Assembly (NCBI GenBank): GCA_002763225.1
Contig: PFAI01000028.1
Coordinates: 1 to 37,950 of the forward strand
Source of the DNA: Candidatus Diapherotrites archaeon CG10_big_fil_rev_8_21_14_0_10_31_34
GTDB taxonomy: Archaea; Iainarchaeota; Iainarchaeia; Iainarchaeales; 1-14-0-10-31-34
Reading direction: 5' to 3'
Length of the DNA: 37,950 bases
Shown here: piece by piece, positions 32,909 to 37,950 of the stretch
How the letters are laid out: every line of letters begins with the position of its first letter
Numbering within the stretch: position 1 is the stretch's first letter
Notes under the pieces: model-generated
Databases searched by the model: none
The model's input: only the letters and a program-made list of their open reading frames with translations
What the model was told of the DNA's origin: nothing
Program-made: the position numbers and the translations under genes

Positions 32909-33382
32909 TTATTTTCCCTCTTGAAGTATTATTTCAATGTGAGCTGATTTTCTTGTTCTTCTTTTTCCTGAAATTTTTCCTTTTGGCTGATGTGTTGCTC
33001 TTCCATAACCCATTGAAGTAAAACCATGTTTTACAAACAAGTTGTCTGTGTCTAATCCTTTGTAATCTGCGTTTGCTTTTGCGCTTTCAATTACTCCTAA
33101 AAAAGCTTTTGCTACTTTGAGTGGATATCTCCCTGATTTTACTTTATCTTGGGCGTTTCCTTTTCTGTGTGCTACTTTTTTATTGTATCTTCTTAATGGA
33201 AGGAATTCTTTTTTTTCAATCATGTTTTGCAGAAATTCTTCAACTCTTTTAACTTTTTTTCCTTTTATTCTGTTAATCATTTCTGTTGAATATTTTAGTG
33301 AAACATTTGCGTTTTTTTTAATAGCTTTAGCTGTAATTTTGTCGTTGATTTTTTCCTGCAAATTATATTCTTTTTTAACCAT
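32909..33382 (-). CDS. rpl22: ribosomal protein L22 (uL22)
   Basis: AKAIKKNANVSLKYSTEMINRIKGKKV..ITVILQE-like end, in the expected operon position. Confidence 0.92.
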   Translation of the reverse strand: MVKKEYNLQEKINDKITAKAIKKNANVSLKYSTEMINRIKGKKVKRVEEFLQNMIEKKEFLPLRRYNKKVAHRKGNAQDKVKSGRYPLKVAKAFLGVIESAKANADYKGLDTDNLFVKHGFTSMGYGRATHQPKGKISGKRRTRKSAHIEIILQEGK

Positions 33383-33386
33383 TTTA

Positions 33387-33788
33387 TCACTTTCTTGCAG
33401 TTATTGCAGTACTTGATTTTGTTGCTCCAATTCCTGCTTTTCCATGCAATAATCTTTTTCTTGTTAAAACCATTTCACCTAAATAATGGCCTAACATTTC
33501 TTGCATTATTTCTCTTATTTCAAATTCTTTTCCATTGTATATTGCAAAACTTAATCCAACCATTTTTGGAATTACTATTGCATCTCTGTCGTGGGTTCTG
33601 ATTGGTTTTGGTTCTTTTCCGCTTGACTTAACTTTTAGTGCTTTTTCTATTTGATAATCTAGTTTTTTGTTTTGGTTTCTTTTAAGGCTTCTTCTTGTTC
33701 TTGAAGTAACCAGTTTTGAGAATTCATCTAAATTCATTTTTTCCAGTTCTTCTAATGTTTTTCCTTTAAATGTAAATATTTTTGCCAT
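33387..33788 (-). CDS. rps19: ribosomal protein S19 (uS19)
   Basis: IYNGKEFEIREIMQEMLGHYLGEMVLTRKRLLHGKAG. Confidence 0.94.
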   Translation of the reverse strand: MAKIFTFKGKTLEELEKMNLDEFSKLVTSRTRRSLKRNQNKKLDYQIEKALKVKSSGKEPKPIRTHDRDAIVIPKMVGLSFAIYNGKEFEIREIMQEMLGHYLGEMVLTRKRLLHGKAGIGATKSSTAITARK

Positions 33789-33795
33789 TAATTAT

Positions 33796-34518
33796 TCACC
33801 TTTTCTTTCTTCCTGTTCTTGATGAAGCTATTGCTCCGATTTTTCTTCCTGGAGGGGCGTGTCTTGAAGTGCTTTTACTTTTTCCTGGATGGTGTTGTCC
33901 TCCACCAAATGGATGTGAGTCAGCATTCATTGCAACTCCTCTTACTGTTGGGTATTTTTTTCTTTTTGATTTCATTAAATGGAATGCTTTTCCTGCTTTG
34001 ACAAACGGTTTTTCTTTTCTTCCGCCTCCTGCTACACAGCCTATTGTTGCTCTGCAGTCAGGCAAAAATGGAACTTTTTTTCCTGAAGATAATTTAATAT
34101 AAATATTTTTTGAGTCTTTTGACATGATTATTGCATATGATCCTGCACTTCTGATTAATTTTCCTCCGTCTCCTGGAGTTAATTCAATGTTAAATATTGG
34201 ACATCCTTCTGGTAGGTCTTTTAAGGGCAAGGCATTTCCTAATCCTATTTCTGCGTTTTTTCCGTATTCAATTCTTTGTCCTGTTATTGCTCCTTCTGCT
34301 GCATAAACTGTTGAAACATCTGCATTTTCAAATAAAATTTCTGCTAAAACGCCTGTTTTTCCTTTGTCAGTCATTATTCTTGTTATTTCTCCGGTTAATT
34401 TGTCTTTTTTTTGTTCTTCTTTGTAAGAAATATATTCTATTTTGTGTCTTGCTCTATGGGTTGCTCTATGTCTTGGAGAACCTTTTCCTGATCTTTGAGT
34501 TTTAATTCTTCTTCCCAT
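33796..34518 (-). CDS. rpl2: ribosomal protein L2 (uL2)
   Basis: GRRIKTQRSGKGSPRHRA..VRGVAMNADSHPFGGG. Confidence 0.96.
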   Translation of the reverse strand: MGRRIKTQRSGKGSPRHRATHRARHKIEYISYKEEQKKDKLTGEITRIMTDKGKTGVLAEILFENADVSTVYAAEGAITGQRIEYGKNAEIGLGNALPLKDLPEGCPIFNIELTPGDGGKLIRSAGSYAIIMSKDSKNIYIKLSSGKKVPFLPDCRATIGCVAGGGRKEKPFVKAGKAFHLMKSKRKKYPTVRGVAMNADSHPFGGGQHHPGKSKSTSRHAPPGRKIGAIASSRTGRKKR

Positions 34519-34785
34519 TTACAATACACCTAATTTAATTGCTATGTCTCCTGCCTTGAATTCCTTGTTTATTTTTACTATTGCTTTTTTTCTCCCTTTT
34601 CTGTCTCTGATTACTCTTACACTGTCAACTTTTACTTTATATAATTTTTCAATGTTTTCTTTTACTTGTTTTTTGTTTGTTTTGTCGTTTACAATAAAAC
34701 AAATTTTGTTTTCTGCTTCAATCATGTTTACTGCTTTCTCTGAAATTAATGGATGAATAACAATTTCATAATCTTTTAAACTCAT
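34519..34785 (-). CDS. rpl23: ribosomal protein L23 (uL23)
   Basis: VIHPLISEKAVNMIEAENKICFIV..KKAIVKI. Confidence 0.92.
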   Translation of the reverse strand: MSLKDYEIVIHPLISEKAVNMIEAENKICFIVNDKTNKKQVKENIEKLYKVKVDSVRVIRDRKGRKKAIVKINKEFKAGDIAIKLGVL

Positions 34786-35585
34786 TTTTTATCACTCAAA
34801 TATTTTATTGCGTTTTCAGTCCATAAAGTGAGTCTTCCTGGTTGTGCTCCAGGAGCAAGCAACTTTGCATTTAAATTTCTTGCATTTGAAACATCTACTC
34901 CTTCCAAATTTCTTGAGCTTTTTGCTATATTGCTTTTTTCTCCTGTTACAATCAAAATGCTTTTAGCTCTCTTGTATTTTCTTCCTCTTCTTTTTCCTTT
35001 TCCTGCTCTTGTTATTTTTCTTTTTTTTGCTCTTTCAATATCCTGCCATAAATTCAATTTCTTCAAAATTTCACTTACTTCTTTTGTTTTGGTTTTTTTT
35101 TCAAATTCATTTTCTATTATTATTGGAAACTCTAAATTTTCAATTTTGTGCCCTCTTTTTTTTACTATTTCTATTTTTGTTGTTGCAGCTATGGCTGAAT
35201 TTAATGCCTGTTTTTTTTCTTTTTTGTTTATTTTTTCTTTTATTTTTTTGTCTGCCATTGGAGGGAAAGCTTTTGGTCCTTTTACTGCTCCGGAAATTCC
35301 TGCAACTTTTCCGCTTAGTAAATGCCTGTTGTTTTTTGTTCTTGGTCTTCTTGCTCTTCCTGTGTTAATACTTCTGTTTGCGGTAGATGGTTCTCTTATT
35401 CCGACATATATTGCAGTTGTTTTTCTTCCTGCCCAGATGTCTCCGCCTTTTGGCTGTAATGCATTTGATTCAATTGACAGGACTGCTCGTTTAATTAATC
35501 CTGGATCATATTCTGTTTCAAATACTTCAGGCAGTTCAATTTCTTTGATTTTTTTTCCTTCAACTGAATAAACGTTTGCTTTCAT
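34782..35585 (-). CDS. rpl4: ribosomal protein L4 (uL4)
   Basis: VYSVEGKKIKEIELPEVF and GRARRPRTKNNRHLLSGKVAG. Confidence 0.93.
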   Translation of the reverse strand: MKANVYSVEGKKIKEIELPEVFETEYDPGLIKRAVLSIESNALQPKGGDIWAGRKTTAIYVGIREPSTANRSINTGRARRPRTKNNRHLLSGKVAGISGAVKGPKAFPPMADKKIKEKINKKEKKQALNSAIAATTKIEIVKKRGHKIENLEFPIIIENEFEKKTKTKEVSEILKKLNLWQDIERAKKRKITRAGKGKRRGRKYKRAKSILIVTGEKSNIAKSSRNLEGVDVSNARNLNAKLLAPGAQPGRLTLWTENAIKYLSDKK

Positions 35586-35591
35586 TTAAAA

Positions 35592-36554
35592 TCACTTTAA
35601 AATGTTTACTTCCACTATTTTCATTTTGTTTTCATCTGCTTTTCTTATTGGTTCTCTTAATGCAATGCATCTTTTTGTTGTTCCTGGAATGCTTCCTGCA
35701 ACTAAAACAATATCGTTTTTTATGTTGCCGTATTTTTTTAATTCACTTATTTCTTTTCCGTTTCCGATAATCAAAATTTTTTTATTGTATTCTGTTCTGG
35801 TGTGATAACCCATTTGTCCTGGTCTTGCTACAGTAAACATTACTGTTGCCGGAGTCCAAGGAGAAATTGATCCTACTACTCTTCTTTTTTTTGCTTTTGG
35901 TCTTCCCATTTTTACTCCAAATCTTTTTATTACTCCCTGCATTCCTTTTCCTGTTGTTACTGCTTTTACATCAATAAACTGCAGTTCTTTAAATACTTCA
36001 TTTACTTTTAGTTCCTTCCCAAACTTTTCTTTTGCAAACTCAAATTGTTTTTCTTTTTCTCCAGAAAGCCTTATTTCGCTTACATCAGGTTTTTTTTTTC
36101 CAAAACCTGTTTCAAATGGTTTTGTGTGAACTAATAAACTTACATAAACAGTTTTATCTAATTTTTTTTCTAAGTCTTCTATTGAATGCTTTTTTTTCTT
36201 TTTTGTAATGCTTTTGATTTTTCTTTCTAAATGTTTTTCAGTTTTGTCTGTTATTACTTCGCCTAAAACTGTAAACCCATAATTAGTTTTTCCATAAACT
36301 CTTATTCCAAAAATTTGTATTGGAGGGCATTCAATTATTGTAGCTGAATGAACTTCTTCCTGGCCAAAGTTTTTTGATTTTTTTTGGTCGTTTTTTACTG
36401 TAACTGAAATCATTCCTGCTTTATAACCTAAAAAGTTTAATGGCTTGGTTTCTTCTATTGATGGAAAAGTCTGGAAAGTAGGTGTTTCTTTTTTAGCCCT
36501 TTTTCTAGGGTAATACGCCATTGAACCAGAACGTGGTTTGTTTAGTTTTCCCAT
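35592..36554 (-). CDS. rpl3: ribosomal protein L3 (uL3)
   Basis: PRSGSMAYYPRKRA..GKGMQGVIKRFG..GQMGYHTRTEYNK. Confidence 0.95.
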   Translation of the reverse strand: MGKLNKPRSGSMAYYPRKRAKKETPTFQTFPSIEETKPLNFLGYKAGMISVTVKNDQKKSKNFGQEEVHSATIIECPPIQIFGIRVYGKTNYGFTVLGEVITDKTEKHLERKIKSITKKKKKHSIEDLEKKLDKTVYVSLLVHTKPFETGFGKKKPDVSEIRLSGEKEKQFEFAKEKFGKELKVNEVFKELQFIDVKAVTTGKGMQGVIKRFGVKMGRPKAKKRRVVGSISPWTPATVMFTVARPGQMGYHTRTEYNKKILIIGNGKEISELKKYGNIKNDIVLVAGSIPGTTKRCIALREPIRKADENKMKIVEVNILK

Positions 36555-36717
36555 TTTATCACTTTCACTTCAACCATTCAAGGATGGTGAAGTTTAAAGC
36601 CAAAATTTCTGCTTTAAAGAAAAGCATTTTTTTAGCATTTATGCTCTTTTCAGAGCACAGTCTACTATTACAAGTAGTGTACTATTTTATCTGGTAAAAG
36701 CTATTTAAAGCTTTCTG
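36555..36717 (-). promoter_or_regulatory. promoter and structured 5' leader region of the L3 ribosomal protein operon
   Basis: TATA-like boxes on the sense strand (ctttaaatag at 36701-36710; gctttaaac near 36595). Hairpins at 36568-36592 (9 bp with one bulge), 36642-36657 (tgctct-GAAA-agagca on the sense strand) and 36662-36677. SD AGTGAT precedes the ATG. Confidence 0.4.
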
Positions 36718-37950
36718 TTATTTTCTGACTAGTAATACAACTACTATAATAATTATGATTATCAGGCCTATTGCTGCAGGAACATTTTCTGCCAGTAAAG
36801 CAAAAGCTGTTCTTAATCCCTGTTGAGTGAATTCTGCTTTTGAATCAATTTTTTGTCCGTTATCTAATTCAAGTGAAACAGGAATTTCCTGTTCTATGTC
36901 TTTGCCGTCAGTTTTCAAATAAATTGAAAACTCTTTTTTTGTTTCTGGTTCAACTGAAATTGAAGTGTCTCCTTCTAATTCCCAGTTTTCAGGCAAATCA
37001 ATTATTAAATTTCCGTTAATTCCTTCTCCTGTTGGATTGTCTATTATTATAACTAATTCTAATTCATTTAATGCACTTGTTTTGGTTTCAGCTGAAACTT
37101 TTATTTTTGTTTTTTCTTCTGTTACAGTTAATTCAATTTCTTTTTCAATTGTTTTTCCTGCTGATTCAACCAGTAATAATGTACTATAAGTTCCTTTTTT
37201 TCCTGCTTCAACTGAAAGGCTGACTGTTCTGTCAGAGTTTCCTGGAATTACAACACTTTTTTCATTTGCATTCCAGTTTTCAGGGACATTCATTGAAATT
37301 TTAAAGTCTCTGCTTGTTCCAGAATTATTTTTTATTGTAAAAGAAATTTTGTCGTTTAATCCGATTGTTTTTTCTCTTGGATAATCAACTACTTCAAAAG
37401 AAGTTATTGCTGAAGTAATTTTAGTTGTTTTAGATGAAATATTGCATCCGTTGATTGAAACATTATATACCAAAAAACTTTCTGTTCCTTCAAGCAATTC
37501 CACTTGGACTCTTTTTGTAACTGAATAATTTGCCGGAATTTCAATTGTATAAGGGCTTACACTCAAGTTTGTCCCGCTTAATCTGATTGTTCCTGTTTTG
37601 TTTGTTGGATTATCGATGTTTACTGTTATTTCTTCTTGCCCTAAAATGCTTTTAGCGCTTGGAACATCTAATTTAAAGTCAGAGCAAGAATCTGTTGTTG
37701 TTGATCCGGTTCCAACTTCAACTAAAAAGCTTTCTCTTCCAATATCAGTTGCATTACAAGTCCTTCCATTTTCGTAATGCCCTGTTACCTCAATATAAGC
37801 TGTTGCACTTCTGTCAGCATTTGCAGTAATCCTTGCTGTAATTGTTCCGGTATTGTTTGCTGAAATTGAGCTAAAAGAATTATATTCTCTTGAATCAATT
37901 CCTGAATCATTATCATAAACCCTTATTTGGTCAATGTAAAACTTGTTATT
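36718..37950 (-). CDS. cell-surface protein (partial; 5' end beyond the window) with repeated beta-sandwich-like modules and a C-terminal TM anchor
   Basis: The frame stays open from 37566 to the window edge (checked by manual translation; the track start at 37566 is only a TTG). Recurrent PENW(N/E).. modules resemble CARDB/NEW3-type S-layer-like domains. C-terminal AAIGLIIIIIIVVVLLVRK. Confidence 0.6.
   Translation of the reverse strand, partial: NNKFYIDQIRVYDNDSGIDSREYNSFSSISANNTGTITARITANADRSATAYIEVTGHYENGRTCNATDIGRESFLVEVGTGSTTTDSCSDFKLDVPSAKSILGQEEITVNIDNPTNKTGTIRLSGTNLSVSPYTIEIPANYSVTKRVQVELLEGTESFLVYNVSINGCNISSKTTKITSAITSFEVVDYPREKTIGLNDKISFTIKNNSGTSRDFKISMNVPENWNANEKSVVIPGNSDRTVSLSVEAGKKGTYSTLLLVESAGKTIEKEIELTVTEEKTKIKVSAETKTSALNELELVIIIDNPTGEGINGNLIIDLPENWELEGDTSISVEPETKKEFSIYLKTDGKDIEQEIPVSLELDNGQKIDSKAEFTQQGLRTAFALLAENVPAAIGLIIIIIIVVVLLVRK

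Noticed and set aside
1663-37189. About 70 plus-strand ORFs in the track (for example 5108..5806, 31439..32005, 34828..35571) lying antisense to the minus-strand genes
   Set aside because: They are Phe/Leu/Ser-rich low-complexity translations of the T-rich antisense strand. They fully overlap well-supported conserved genes, and often several frames overlap at once. They lack SD sites and recognisable domains. They are composition artefacts.
1-37950. Search for a defence system, toxin-antitoxin pair, prophage, transposase or other novel multi-gene accessory system
   Set aside because: Every sizeable ORF is assignable to a core translation, transcription or secretion function or to a single accessory gene. 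The PIN protein is the conserved Fcf1-like one with no partner antitoxin. Nothing in the sequence supports such a system.

Overview
Visibly AT-rich archaeal chromosome segment (GC content not computed). Apart from one small plus-strand ORF at the left edge, it is a single co-directional minus-strand block of about 65 core information-processing genes. In transcription order (right to left): a partial cell-surface protein; the ribosomal supercluster L3-L4-L23-L2-S19-L22-S3-L29-SUI1-Rnp1-S17-L14-L24-S4e-L5-S14-S8-L6-L32e-L19e-L18-S5-L30-L15-SecY; DUF106 insertase-L34e-Cmk-like-L14e; S13-S4-S11-RpoD; an intron-containing tRNA-Leu(UAA); L18e-L13-S9-RpoN-S2; a short accessory stretch (Memo-like, type-2 IDI, TrmB-like regulator, small Cys-rich peptide); GluRS; L7Ae-S28e-L24e-Ndk-dUTPase-aIF5B-S6e-aIF2gamma-PIN-RpoE'-Spt4-S24e-S27ae; a CPBP protease; Sua5-Kae1; and a LAGLIDADG-like ORF broken by one in-frame TGA. 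Two short genes missing from the ORF track were recovered by hand: rpl14e (21203..21379) and rps14 (28377..28511). Small proteins, overlapping junctions, GGTGA-type Shine-Dalgarno sites and archaeal-specific genes suggest a reduced-genome, possibly DPANN-like archaeon (inference only). I found no CRISPR array, defence island or clearly novel multi-gene system; this is mostly an ordinary core region. Items worth a second look: (1) a GC-rich four-hairpin RNA element in two 124-nt near-identical copies plus a shorter modular variant, always between translation genes; (2) a conserved ~28-30 nt AT-rich palindromic motif in at least 14 copies, found in spacers, in the tRNA intron and in frame inside lysine-rich protein tails; (3) long Lys/Glu-rich extensions on many ribosomal proteins; (4) a candidate K-turn overlapping the SD of the L7Ae mRNA; (5) a membrane-anchored peptide with beta-defensin-like cysteine spacing; (6) the interrupted LAGLIDADG-like gene; (7) a Cmk-like protein with a degenerate P-loop.
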